A DNA stretch of 64,000 nt from Amoeboaphelidium protococcarum X5 (GCA_023515725.1 JALDTO010000098.1:1638164-1702163), one strand, 5' to 3'. Shown: positions 26,423 to 40,717, counted from the first letter of the stretch. Numbers and translations: made by a program. Notes: generated by a model not told the origin, from the letters alone.

Positions 26423-26657
26423 CTATAGATGTCAGAGATATATATCTAATTTCAACCAATAAATTTTAGGGATACAGGAATGAAATCGATTCCAATTCGT
26501 TTGTATTGCATCAAACAATCATTCCAATCCGATCTGAAACATCATGGCAAGAAAGCTTAAATTTACTTGAAATCAAAGCTAATTAAGAAAAAAGATGCCA
26601 CTAGAAAGAAAATGTCTATGCCTATTAAATATCAGAGTGATGTATAGTACATATCAT

Positions 26658-29018
26658 TCATTCGCTATCGCCGTTATCACTGTCGCTATCTATGGAGTAT
26701 AATGCAGCAGCACTGAACTGATTCTGAAGCAGTTGATCTTGCTCTTGATTATTATTCTTTTGTGGTGACTACGCATCATCCTATTATTATGACTCCTGGG
26801 CGGACACCAATTAAGATTTCTGGCCTTGAATTTAATCGTAAAGAAAATTGCCAGACTCGAACCCGTCATCATCCATATCTTCATCCACATCACTGAGGAC
26901 GAATGTGTTCTGAAGCGTATCCATGTCCAAGTATTCATAGCTATTCACATCCCGCTACTTCACTAAAAACTGCCAGTTCCTCTTCTTGCCAATTACAGCA
27001 ACTATATAGATTAATGCGGGAATAGTCAGCAGAAGTGTGACTGCAATAAACAACGCGACACCTTAATTAGACTTATGCCATGATTAATCAGGTGTACCAG
27101 TCAGTGGTGCACCGATTTCATCATTTACATTTTATTCCGGCGGCGGAATAACCACAGGTGGTGCCTTCAATTTTCTGTCAGTAGAATTTATCAAAGATTC
27201 ACCATAAATAGCCAATGACCAATAGTTCAAAGAGCCAGTTTTATCCTCGTTGTATATATCAACAATGTTGAGGGTCCAAGTACCAAATGCATCTTCTTCC
27301 CAGTGCTTCACCGACATGAAAGTCCAATTTTTGAAGCCATAAACACTCTCATCAGCCTCTCGATGAGGACCAATATAGGATACGACATTGTTGGGAGATA
27401 TAAGAAAAAAGTCCAAGTCACCTCTGCAATCATGACTGACATCAACAGTCACCGTGACGTGCTCAACACGCTTCAGCTACGCGGCTTTAATCTGATCAGC
27501 AGTAACTTGTAGAGAAAAATTCTTACCATCTTCATCGAAAGGAATAGGGGAGGGATTATACGGAGCTTCGATGGTGATATTAGTCTACTGATTCACCTTT
27601 TACCAAGATCGTGCAACTTCAACCAACTTGAACGCGTCAATACTTCCATATCCAAACTTATGGGAGTACCATCGTCCGGCAAAAGTCTAACTCCAGTCAA
27701 TATCTTCCATTGAGATTGGACGCGCACTGAGCATGGTAAGGTATTGCATGTCTCGCCAGCTGAGATCAGGTCTTACTGATAGAGCTAGCGACAGAATACC
27801 GACAGCTAATGGACAAGCAGCGGAGGTACCACCAAATCGATTAGTGCATTTACCTTGAAATTCAGTGGTCTGAATATAACTTTTCTAGCCGCTACTGTAG
27901 GTTGACGCCATATTAGCAGAACACTCTTCAGAATATTGTGGATGCTCATTATAACGGTCGATTGCACTGATAGAAATGGTATAAATACTATTGGTGTATC
28001 CATCATAATTGCAATTGTCATCATATAAACCACCATTTCCAGTAGCAAATACAAAAATTGATCCTAAGCCACCACGACCGTTATATATTCCATTCAGCAT
28101 TGCATTATACACAATCTCATTAGGTCCTTCTACATGTGTTGCATCATCCTCTGGGCCCCAACTACACGAATAGATCTAATTCTCCTGGAATCCATAATTC
28201 AAAGCCAGTGCTTCATCCACATCTGTGATGCTTCCTCCAAGAATTCTTATGCCGGCGACTTTAGCTTCAAACGCAACACCAACACCACATACATCATTTT
28301 TTACCGCTGCAATTGCACCAGCGCATCGCGTACCATGATAATCATCATATAGTCGAGGTTTAGGATACTTGGTCTTTTCATTAAAATCATAAGACCCATT
28401 CAGATAGAAATTATCAGCGATATCGAGATGATCATACTGTACACCATCATCAATAATAGCGGCAATAACATTCTTGCCTGTGACACCTTGTTCCCACACA
28501 CCAGTTACATTTATATCATTTCCGGGCTGCTCTTTGTTTAATAAATGCCACTGATTATCAAATAAAGGATCGCTGATGCCAAGTTTATTCACAATCCGCT
28601 ATTACTAATCGAGATTCACGAACATTCTTTTACTCTTCTTTTACCTTTGCAGCTATACAGAGACGCTCCTTATGAGAGGATGTTAATCTAATCGCTGAAT
28701 GTGATGATCAATATTCTCCAACTTATCAAATCGCACCAGATAATGTCCATATAAATTTCCAATTTGTCCCACGATATCAAACTATAATTCCCGCTAGATC
28801 TCATATAGCAATTGATGGAGCATTTACGCGTTTTCAGCAGCATGTAATACTTAATTTGGTTATTAAGATTAAGATTGAGGAGATATAGGGTGTAAAATCA
28901 CGGCCAAGTAATGGTGATCATCAACTTACTTCGGATGATGATCAATCTAAGGAATTGCCCAGATAGCAGAGCAATGTACCAAAATTGCAATCAAAATTTA
29001 TTTTATACTTATGAGCAT
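26658..29018 (-). CDS. KEX2: Kexin/furin-like S8B protease, paralogue B
   Basis: Signal peptide, IIDDG, HGTRCAGAIAA, FATGNGG, FGGTSAACP, P domain (NWTFMSVKHWEE), TM and acidic tail. 787 codons. Confidence 0.93.
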
Positions 29019-29215
29019 TCCAATTGATCTGTGTATAGGTATTCTTTATTCCAAAGAGTATACAATACGAGAAATGGAGAATGTGACCGCGTGATAAAAC
29101 TAAAACAGGCGAGATTAAAGCGATCGATTCGTTACAAAAACGCGAAACCAATTTATTCAATGACCCAATCACAGTTGAGGAGAGTAGACAGTTGGATCAA
29201 CTCAATTACACCTCA

Positions 29216-32200
29216 TCATTCATCGGCTGGTTATTATACGCCCAAAATATCGCTATCCCAATTATTCAGCTATCCCAGTTTCTTAAGCGCTTTAATAAGT
29301 TTCTTCCTCAGCTTTGACATTTCATCATCATTCAAGAGGACAGACTTTTAATGAACAATCTTGGCACACTGTTTGAACATAACCTCTGACATTGATGCAA
29401 ACATGAATATGAATTGACAGCTAAACTCTTCATTTTCAAGCACCAGGAGCTGATTGACTACGTTTTTGCAAAAGTATGACAACTCAGCCTCCTTCTACTA
29501 GTGGATGTTGGACAAAGACTTCTCGACGTGTATGATGAAACGATTAAGTTGAGTGCGATCAGAATCTTCATCTTAAATACTCTCCAGTCGTTCTCCAATA
29601 AACGGCAATAAATGTTCTAGCAAAAGAATTATATACTCCAGAATAGCCTCAGCATCACCGGCATAGCCTTCAATAGCGAACACATTGGCTGTATAGACAG
29701 ACTCTGATAAATACTGAGGAATAGTTTTATGCAGAAACTCGATAGTCACCTCATTTTTCAATAGAGTATTCAGTATATCCAGAGGAATGGCAAAACTCTC
29801 TGACTAAACTTCATGCAATTACACAAATGTTATAAAAGCTTGCAGACTTTTTAACAATATAGTGAAAAGATTATTCCCATCTTCAAGTGAGCGTTTCTTC
29901 CCACGATCATCATCTTCTTCATCACTATCAATAGTGGATGAGAACATTGTCAGAGGCATGGAGAAGTATACTTGCTATAGTCCAATCATGAATTGCTTTT
30001 GATCACCTGGAGATTTGCAGCCATGTAAGTTTAACAGGCAATAAATGTCAAACAGATAGAAGTAAAAGCGAGACTCAGTATTGCCTCCTCCAATTGACGT
30101 ATCAGTCAGTCCTTCAGTTAAGTTTTACAGTCCTTGGCGCAGATAGGTGTTCAAAAGTTCTAATTTCTCCGGCTAGAGCAAGATTATACCCCTCTTCACA
30201 TCATCACTTAGAATCTTCTCCAAAATGTACAGCGATAGAAAATGCTGTTTGGTAATCTTGATTCTCTACGGCTTCTTCCCAGTCTTCTAACGTCCGAAAA
30301 TCAAATCCTCAATCCAATCTAATGCAGCTTCAACAATAGTATCTCCAATACCCCAGTTACAAAAACAATCTATCACAACATCATGCAGAGGCGATATCTC
30401 GTCATAATCAATCAGCATTGATTAACAAGTCTCACCCAAATCTGATATGTTTCCGGACAGCGCATGTTTTGCTATACCAAAAATGGCATACAAGCAATCA
30501 GGTTGTTCATCAGCCACACTCAATAAATTTGCTATCGGCAATCGATCAAAAAGATTGATCAAATCTTCTTTGAGAGCAATTTTGCCATCAAGACTTATGA
30601 TAGGCACAATAGAGTCCAGAAGCAATGCAAGGATCTCAAAGAATCCCACAATATTGCAGGCGACGGTATTCAGAACTTCAACATTATCCTAGTTTTTGAA
30701 TTTCTTCTTACTCTTCTCATCTTGACACTAGGAGTAGTAGATACTTTCATAGATAGACTTGGAAAAGCTTACCAAATTTTCGACCGGTACAAAGTTGCAG
30801 AGTTCAATATAAAACTTTCGGGCTGCGGCAGAATTCTTGTCAAGCAGTATTGCCGCACGACTGATCAGAACAGAATTGTCCTTCTTCAATGGAAAGAATG
30901 AGTTGATCAGCAGTCCAATTATTCTCTTGTCAACAGATGGCTGAGTATCGTGCTGTAAACGATATAGTAAATGAGGCAACTCAACAACATCCCAAAACTT
31001 GATGTCCAGAGAACTTTTTACAATATGCAACAGATCCAAAAGCGCCAAACGATTTTTAAGATTACCATCATGTAGGAGACGACCAAGAGCCTTGAGGTAT
31101 CTCTTCATAGACGCATGACAAAGAGGACAATTTCTGAGAAGAAAAGAAAATCCAGTGATAACGCTTAGTCTCGTCTCAGCTGATGCAGAGTCAAATGCTA
31201 GCTCTGTAGACATCACTGTCAGACAGTCTGACAACACTTCTGAAGGAATCATTTCCCAATAAACAGCAAATATTCTGCATAATCCTTGAATAGCTGATGC
31301 GCGAACTTAAACATTAGAGTCTTTCAAAAGCATACGGAGAATATCAAACTGTCGTTACAGAAGAGCGTCGAAATCCTCCGGAGTTGATTCAGGATCACGT
31401 AAAGGGAATACATCAACCAGAGTGCAGACAGCATTTTTACGAACTTTGCCGTTAGCAACATTCAACGCACGCCACAAAATTGGAGAATATAAGCGGTACA
31501 ACATATCATCGACAGCCGTAACGCGTTTATGGTTGTAAAATATGGCAAAGAATAGCCTCATCTTGCCAAAGCTACCCCACTCCATATGTAGACTAGCATT
31601 CATCAACTCTTAAAGGCAATCATTCTCAAACTACGACTTCTATTTACCATCAATATGCTTCCACGCCTTGTAAAACACCTCTCCATAAGCAGCAAAAGAA
31701 TTCTTCGAAGAGACTGCAAGCTAGCCTTTAACAACTTCAAATGCAGAAAGTGCCATTGCGTGACCAATACTCAATACGTAGGCAAGAAACTTTTTTCCTT
31801 CCGGAACTCTAATGAACTACGGTGAGATAAATGTATACAGAAGCAAGTCTCTCAAAGACTCTGTATTCTCATCCTCAAAATCAAACAGAGACAAGGCCTC
31901 TCTGATGGCATAGACGCGCTTAATATCAGCCTACTTTGCCAGCGGTGACACTGTTTTCATCAACAAGTATGAGACAGTCTGAGCCACAACAGTTTCACAT
32001 TAGTCCAACTGCGCGGTGAAACAAGTTTCACAACAGCGCGAGATTGTTTCTTGAACCCGGCCGAACGTTTCCTGGTCAATGGACAGCAGCTGATCATGCA
32101 TCACCCTCAGAATGTCCATGACGTCGCATTTCTTCAGCTGCTCGCCCTTCTGCTGTAGTTCCATGTAAGCCTCAACTACTCCAACGCTAAAGTTGACAAA

Positions 32201-32479
32201 TGATACGGCTAAATCTTGGTCCTCTTACTCTTATTACTCAACATGCGAATTAGATTCATCTTACTAATGCAGAACTTTTAAAGCATAGTCCAACATAATG
32301 GATATTGAGTCTATAATATCTACCAGATTTGATGATGAAGACAGAAGCTGGCATTCCAAAACTTACGTCTTGTACAAGTTGGTGGACGGCAACAGAGGTA
32401 ATTCAAACCAATCATTTAATTTCAAAATACATTCTTGATAATTCTCAGCCTTTCGTATGATATCTCCAACGGTTGCCAT
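29216..32479 (-). CDS. NCAPG2: Condensin II complex subunit CAP-G2 (HEAT)
   Basis: DIKRVYAIREALSLFDFEDE, VDDMLYRLYSPILWRALNVANGKVRKNA...FPLRDP, ELAFDSASAETRLSV, LLHD, IKFWDVV. 1088 codons in a single frame. Confidence 0.9.
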
Positions 32480-32677
32480 GATTTAAGACTGTCCGTCTGT
32501 TAAATTTATTTGCAACAAGAGAGTAGAAAGCTATGACAATTTATTGACAAGCTAGAGAGAGAGAGACTGAAAGCTTCAAGTGTTTGAAACGAAACAAGTT
32601 TAGAAACGCGAATCTGCAAGTGGAAAAGAGCATTGACTTTGAAGGTTATCGGCTGAGGCTTTGTAGACAGATTGACT

Positions 32678-33889
32678 TCATATTTCATCATCAATAACAA
32701 TCTCATTAGGATTACTTTAAGTGGAATCTGCCATAGGTGAATAACTAATCATTTACAAGAATTGCTGCGTTTACGCATTTGTCGAGGAAGACGACTGAGA
32801 ATTTACTGGGATTCTCGCGTACAGTTTCACTGCCAAATCAAGAGGAGACTCTTTCAGTACTTAGTAAGCAGCAAAAACATCAGCTCTCAGATCCTGTTCA
32901 CTCGGAAGCAAATTATAATCCTGAGACTCGTATTAAATAGTCGCCTTTAACACAGCCAACCAGCATATGTCATACATTAAATCGATTTCCGGCGACGCAT
33001 TCTTAATGTCAATAACTTCCATGTACTATCGACGCGGTAGACACTTATCAAGCGCCAGAAATTAGGTTACTGGCTTCGAGCTTTATTATCGCTGCTCCGA
33101 TTTAAATTCCGACTCTGCACGAATTTCCCCGTGAGGATACGACACTTCAAAACGACAGTGCATATGAGCAGCAAACCAATATTGAGGCTTGAGACAGCGG
33201 AGAATTTCTTAACTAGCCGGACTACCTAATTCACAAGATTCAATCTCTGGCCTAAGAAAAGACTTGTACTTGTATAGGCTTTGCAGTTCTTAATCTGACG
33301 CGTGTTTGTAAATTCCCTGAGGCCAATCGTGAGATAGAAATATCATACTATCCTAAACTTTATCCTCTTAATCTTATGACATATGGTAGATATCATCGTA
33401 TAACTTCATTCTAAGAACTTCAATACGACGTTGATGATATATCGACCGTTTTGATTGCTCATTAAACGGAGACCTCTCTGTATATCCTTTGCCGTAGTTG
33501 TACTCCTTATAAATCCCAGATAATCCTCCAATACGTAAATTACCACATTAAACCATATTAGTTCTACCTAAATAGTACATATTTTCGCACACCCAGCCAC
33601 CATAAGGTATCTCTGACAAATACTAACTGGACTCATGATTGCCACCAATGAATAGCACTGGACACGACAGCTGGCGATTTCCGTTATAGTATTATTGGAA
33701 TTATTCCATCTTCTTGAATTTATCAGGACACGCCATAGATTACAAATCTTCTTAATTTCTCATTGTCTAAACATCACCGCATATAAGCACTAGATCAACT
33801 TTGCACTGGTTCTAAGTCTCATATCGCGCCACATCATCCATAGCATTCGCTAACTTCCCATGCAGACAGCCAATGACCGCAATCTACAT
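32678..33889 (-). CDS. DBR1: Lariat debranching enzyme
   Basis: MQIAVIGCLHG, ICGDVQTMRN, FIGGNHE, GGWVCENMYYLG, C-terminal NPNEIVIDD. Invisible in the standard-code track. Confidence 0.95.
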
Positions 33890-33982
33890 TATGCTCAATA
33901 GACGTGATTATCACTATATTTATGATATTGTTTTACCTTCATTTTAGCCAAATGCTGATTTAGTGATAAACTAAAACTGAGG

Positions 33983-35020
33983 ATGAAAGAACAAGGAAAT
34001 ATAAAGTTTACTGGGGATAAAGGGGATCTTGGTAGTTTTGACGCGTTCTTTTCGCTTGGGCGACCGTTCATTACTCCGTGTGATTTGGCCGATCTGGACA
34101 GCTATTTCAGCGGTATACTTTTTAAAAGAAGACGCCAGAATTATAGACATATACACCATATACAAGTGATGACGAGCTTTCTTTAGAATTTGCTTCCAAT
34201 TAGATTATATCACGTCTCGTTTCAGACAGCTTTCTGGTTCACGCTGGGGAGTTGCGCGTGGACAGTGAATGGCATATTTGCGTTTCATCAGCCAGTGGAA
34301 GAGTCTGTAACGCTTACTGTATTGAAATGGACAGGATTTGCAGGTGGCTCCTTTTTTCTTATAGGCGGACTCTTTATCTACTGGGAAGGACTGAACTAAG
34401 GCGCGAGGGGGTAGTTTGGGTGGGCGTGTTAACGGTTCTTCAGGTAGGGAAAGAGGCATTAATCGGATGAACAACTTGTAGAAACCACCGATGCTGATCA
34501 GATTTAAATGTCGCGGTAACCATCTCTGTCCGATGCTGAGAAGTCGTCGCGTTCAAAAGAGATTTAATGGCGATGGTATGGGTTGAGGCCATTCAGTGAT
34601 TTGGTATTCTAGGCTGGCTTAATTTAATTCATTGCAACAACTGTGTTCTTCATTAGCGTATTCAGCGCCCTGTTTCTACCCAGTGATGGCCAATAGGCAC
34701 CGACTCTTTACTTCTGGCTCTTCTGGACTCCGCAAGTGGTGGGCGCCGCGTTTCTCATCTGGAGTAGTTGTGCAATGATGGTTGACGCGTAGCCTAAATG
34801 GTTCATACCGAGGCCATTCAGCTTGATGTGGCACGTTGGTTTTTGGAATGTAATTGGATCAGTGGGATTTTGGCTCTCTGGGTTTACCGGATATTTCTCG
34901 TCCAATCCCCTAGTGTTAAAATGGGGTGTCTATTTCTCGACATACTGGGGTTCTTACTCCTTCTTATTGGGCTCTATGTTACAATGGCATGCTATTCGAT
35001 ACATCCCCGAGGAGAAATGA
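33983..35020 (+). CDS. Multi-pass integral membrane protein (Trp/Gly-rich TMs)
   Basis: FWFTLGSCAWTVNG, FAGGSFFLIGG, WHVGFWNVIGSVGFWLSG, STYWGSYSFLLGS. 346 codons. Confidence 0.8.
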
Positions 35021-35243
35021 TCCCATCTAATGTTCGTGTCAATGCTGCCGAAATGAATGGGTAATTTAATCCTTGGTATTACTGGCTAAAGACTACAGGA
35101 AAGTCCAAGCCTATTTTGTAATTCACAAAGTAATTGTATTGTTTCAACATTCTAAATGCAGAATAGATTTTACTTACCTGTTACCATATTTAATTTCTTC
35201 AGCAATAAACATTTTAAGCAAAAGTTTCTTAAAAGTGCACCAC

Positions 35244-37580
35244 ATGACTGTTACCGATATCGCAAGCTTCCTGATTAGTTGGCGTTTCGCTGAGTCAATG
35301 TGTAACAAAGGCTATTTTTACCTCCAATGCCTTCTTACACATTGATCATCAGATATTCACGCGTCTTTATTCAAGTTACAAGAGTTCAATAATATGACAT
35401 TTAAGGAGAATTAAAAATCGCCATAGTAGCTAGAAGTTAAATTAAATTAGGCCGAGAGTTACGAAGAATGGCGCCAGATTGCTGTTACGCATGATTCAAT
35501 CAACGGCAAGGCTACGTGGAAGTTGAATCCGGTAGACCCAAATTACGATTATCAACTGATATCAAATCGCCTGGACGCTATGCGAAGAGCTAGAAATGAA
35601 GGAAATCTAGAGGAGATGCTATATCTGGTGAGATCTTCACTTCTTAGAAATTTGGCTGATATGGGCACGCCATCGCTGTACAATTAGACTAAAGTGGGCA
35701 CAAAGAAGTTGATTGAAGATTATATTGAGGAAGTTACACTGCAGCTTAATTGTATTATGGAATACACTGATAGCGCTTTGCAATCGGACAATATTTACAC
35801 AGGTGAAAGTGATGGGTAGTCACCTAAAGGAAGTAATATGTTATAGTTTGATGTTAGCGCCAAGTTGCAGTTCTTCCAGAGCATCAGACAATTATAAGGT
35901 CGTACAGCTCTATTATTGTCTGGAGGTGCGATGATGGGACTGATTCATGTTGGAATTATTCGCGCATTGATAGAATTACGACTCATGCCCAGAATTGTGT
36001 CCGGCTCATCTGTGGGTAGTCTTATGGCTGCGATAGTTGGTACAAAAGAGGATGGAGAGCTGATTGAATTCATGGACCGTGAACTGTTTGATTTGAACGC
36101 GCTCGAAGATGATTACATTGACAATGTTGATGAGCATAATTTTGATAATGCTGGTGGTAATGCTGGTAGTGTCTTTATTAAACTGAATCGGCTATTAAAG
36201 CACGGTGTCCTATTTGATGTTGAAGTGCTAAAGAAGTGCATCATTAACAACATTGGAGAGATGACATTCCAAGAGGCGTACAACAAAACCAGACGCATAC
36301 TGAATATCACCGTTAGCTCATCAACCAAGTATGAAATGCCACGTCTGCTTAATTATCTAACTGCCCCAAATGTCCTTGTCTGGTCTGCCGTCGCTGCATC
36401 CTGCGCTATACCTTTTGTCTATAATTCTGCCCCAATTTTGGCTCGTGATCGTAATGGGACGATTGTCGCGTCTGATCATCTGTGGATTGATGGTAGTGTG
36501 GAGAATGATCTGCCAATGACACGGCTCAGCGAGCTATTTAATGTGAACCATTTCATTGTTAGTTAGGTGAATCCTCACGTTGTACCTTTCCTGTCAAATT
36601 CAATGTCTGAGGTGGTTAGATAGGACAACAGCATCACATCACTGTTCAGTCGTGGCTTTAATCTGGTAATGTCAGAGTTGTAACATCGTCTTAAACAGCT
36701 GATTGAGATGGATATATTGGCTACTCCTCTGCACCACATTAACAACATTTTATCACAAAAGTACTATGGAGATATTACAATTGTACCTACAGTCAGTGTT
36801 AGCGACTATGTGACTCTGATTAGTAATCCAACTAAATAGTAGCTTTGGGATGCAATGAAGAGAGGACAGCGCGCCACCTGGCAGAAGGAGAACATTATAC
36901 GTAACCACTGCCAACTTGAGTTGTACATTGACGAATGTATCTACAGATTGCGGTGTTAAAAGTTGGAATAGGATTGGAAAGGCGGGGTATTACCTCATAA
37001 AGATATCACAAGAAGTTCTAATCCGCACTTGTAATCTATCGATAGCATCGCTAGAACCTCTACTATGCCATCGAACTCCAAGTCAAAGTAATTGCACCAA
37101 TCTCTTATGCGATAAATGGAACAACATTAGCAGTTGCATTAAAATCACACTATAAACTATGGGCACCATAATCCGCTTTAACAGCTCTCAATATAGCCTT
37201 TTGGAGCATCAATAGGTGATGTAGGTGGATAAAATATTAGCAGTAGCAAGTCTGATGATGGTCGGAGTGAAAGATTGGACTTGATTTCATCTAATAGAAA
37301 GAAGAAGCGATTCCTCAATCTTCCTATGAATTTGTAAATGAGCTCTGCGTAACAGTAATTAGAAGCTGATGGCGAACATGAATAGGAATTACGTGCAGCA
37401 TAGTCAAGTAAGACTGCACCAAACTCTCCGCTCAGTCTGACATCTGAGAATATGTCATCATCTTGGTTCGGCCCTGAATATGACACATCTCTGGACGTTG
37501 ACATGTATCCGGAATCTCCTGTCACTTTAAACTAAAGATCTCTGCCAAACTCACTTCACAATCTCCACACCAAGAACTGA
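35244..37580 (+). CDS. Patatin-domain triacylglycerol lipase (Tgl3/4/5-SDP1 family, with DUF3336); intron 35302-35352
   Basis: AESYEEW, LLLSGGAMMGLIHVG, GSSVG, LLNYLTAPNV, WIDGS, NHFIVSQVNPH. Confidence 0.92.
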
Positions 37581-37733
37581 ATAATGGATAGTCAGGTAAC
37601 ACGTCCTAATATGAAGAGTTTGTTGAATCCGGACTTATCGCGTGATTTTTTAAAAGTTAGAATAGATGTTGCGTTAAATTCAGATTTTAAATTAAAATAT
37701 CGATGTATAATCATAATTACACACCAGCAACAT

Positions 37734-38216
37734 TCACTATTTCCTCTTCTTTAGATACGTCGACAGCACATCAAGCGGACGTCGCTTCTTGTTAGGATTG
37801 ACGTTATTACTCTTAGCACAACTCTTGTCTTAATCCGCTGACTTTTACTGTTCGCTGCCAGGATATCCAATTTATGAACCAGCGAATTACTAGCTATTCT
37901 GCTGATATTTCAGCCTTTTCTCTAGTCTCAAAGCAGCTTTATCGTCCTTGCTGAAATTGTGCGATTATTAAGACTTTGACGCGCCACCAGATCGGATAGC
38001 TCCCTTCTATTAATATTAAGGCGACTACTGATATCCCAATCCGCTTCGCTCTGATCGCCACATTTTGATACCCTACCTCTGCGCAGATATTTAATTCCCC
38101 GCACTATCATTATTCTTATTATATGCCTACTACTAGTCTTCACATTATTCGAACCATTTAGCAACCACTCGCCTGGTGTGTAAAATTTTCTCTTATATAT
38201 CTGATTGTAACTCCAT
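37734..38216 (-). CDS. Small basic hypothetical protein (DUF3245-like)
   Basis: MELQSD...RRVVAKWF...RSERSGLGY...LEKRL...DVLSTYLKKRKQ*. Alternative ATG at 38270. Confidence 0.55.
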
Positions 38217-39127
38217 TCTATCGATGGATGGAAAAAGGAGGCTCTAAAGAAGTCGTCGGGCCGCGTACATTTTTCAGTCAAAATCACTAGTCAACGGCAC
38301 ATTAGGGGAGTATGACCAAAGGAGACCCTAAATTTATATGAGAATTTGGCACGTAAAATAATTGAAGTAACAATGATAAAACCAAATCATAAAAGAATTA
38401 TATGTTTATGCAGATTATTCAATACAGCAAAGTCATTGATACAGTGTTGATGTACGCATTGCCATGCAAAGTCTTTCGATGTGATTTCTATCGCTCATCT
38501 TGATGATCAAATATGGAGAGAAATTGATTAATAGTAAAAAAGAATAACTATTATTGAAAGAAATAAAGCCAATCACTAAAGCTGGGTGCGCCCGGCTTAC
38601 CTTTTTTTCAATTGTCGATCATAGCTCCGCGCGCCATAATATTGCAATTTATGTATTGACTATTGAAGAGGATAATGGTAGTACGACTGGTATGCAAGTG
38701 TTACGGATTAATAGTATGTAATTACTGCTAATTCCTCGACAATGTAAAGAGATGCTAGATGGGGTCGAAATTGTACATTACTTCAACTCGGTTAAAGTAT
38801 ATTGACCTAACTGGTAAGCATAAAGAGCCTCTTTGTAAGTTATAGATAAGCCTTTCGGTTGGTCCAGTTAAAATTTTTTAATTTCATTGTTCAATTTGCA
38901 TATCTGGGGTAAATTGCAGTATTTGTTTAATGACCTTTATGAAATCAATGTAATAACCTCAGAACAAAATTTCAGATTGGAAACTTGGTGATGCTCTAGT
39001 TATTCATAAAGCATAAATATGCCATTAAGATCTCTAACTCGGATCAACACTCCGACGTTTTAATTAACAGCACGCCTTAAAACATTAATCAGTCAAACAG
39101 ATTGGAAAATAAATAGAGAAAATGTAC

Positions 39128-40717
39128 TCATTATATTTTAACATTGATGCGATTCCAAGAACTGTTCAATACACCGCGCTTGTTATATATGCCGTCCGAA
39201 GTCTCTGGCTGTGAGTTGTAAGAGGAATCCACAGCTTTACAGACGAGTTGCAATTCACTTGGTCGATTGAGCGATTTGAGATCTATCTAAACTTCCCATA
39301 AAGTCCAAGCCCATACTTTTCCATCTTCCTACTATGGGCGATCCTGAAGAGTTGCCTCCTGCCACGACTTGCCACCATCAGGACTGATGTCAACGCGGAT
39401 GATCCCTCTTCCACCGCCACTCCAAGCGTAGCCTTTCACGGTAATAGATTCGTCATTATTAGCATCTTCAACTAATTCTTACGACAAATTAACAATCTAA
39501 TTATTCTAATGTGAAGTTATAGCGGATTATACGGGCATCTCTTGGATAGATTTAGCATCAGCCCAGTTCAGGTTATTCCAGTCAGAACTTGGATTAAAAC
39601 TTTTATAATCATTTCGCTACCAATGACTCTTGCTCTCCTCTTATGATAGTACAATCTTACTCAACCACTTTACAGATCTTGCTGCAACATGACCTGGAAT
39701 GAGAACTCTCAATGGATAACCATGATCAGGTAGCAAATCCTGTCCATTCATCTACCATACAACATACACATCTCCACCTTCATTTAATGCTTTCTAAACC
39801 GGCACTGATGCTCCATATCCATCAAGGCCTTCAAATTGAACGTGTTTGTACTTCTTACAAAGATCTTACAATGATAGCTGAGGATAGAGGTGATGAAGCA
39901 GATCAGTCAGACGTACACCGGTCCACTCAGCATTACCGATCGCACCACCTTCCCACAAAAGACCTTACAGAGCACCACTCACCTGCATATCCCTTCTTCT
40001 GTTTCCAGCGCATTGAAGGGTTACATGATCCTAACAGCTGGCGACTTTAGACTTGATATCATCCAACTTTATTACCTAAGGCGGGACACTACCATCGTCG
40101 CTTTCAACAGTCAATTTATAATCGACAAGATCTGCAATATGAGGTACAGGTAGGTGATTTCGCTTATAAAATAGTTCGTTAGGTGTGATAAATTCTTCAC
40201 ATATAAGCGACAGAGGTGTCTCTGCATTAAACGGCTTCCAGCTCTAAACTTTCAGTAATACACTTCGCTCCGGATCTCCAGAAAATGGATCTTACACATC
40301 AACTTCTTACTACTTCTTCTACTTGCCCTGATCAGCTACATCGCGCGGATCCAGGTCTCCAATCTTGTACTCTTCCAGGATCTATCTCACCTCAGGCTTA
40401 TCATGAATAGTATACACTTTCCAGTATGGCTCAACTGGACCACCAGCTGCAAGCATAATTCTATTACCGCCCGGATGAGACTGCACAAATTTTGTAATAT
40501 CATACACAGAACTACCATAAGTGACCCATATGCCGCCTTTATCCAAAGAATTGTGCTATTACACTTGCTCTCTTGATATATAGTTGGGATCATACTGCTA
40601 CTGTTACTGCTTCTAGTGTAGAGTCTTGTATGTGCATCCGCCGAACGCTACACTTAATCCCACAGCGATTCCAGTATTGACAAACTTTGAAGTATTCTAC
40701 CGCAAATAAATAAACAT
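39128..40717 (-). CDS. SUOX: Sulfite oxidase (cytochrome b5 + Moco + dimerisation domains)
   Basis: [62 protein letters not shown]. 530 codons. Confidence 0.93.
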
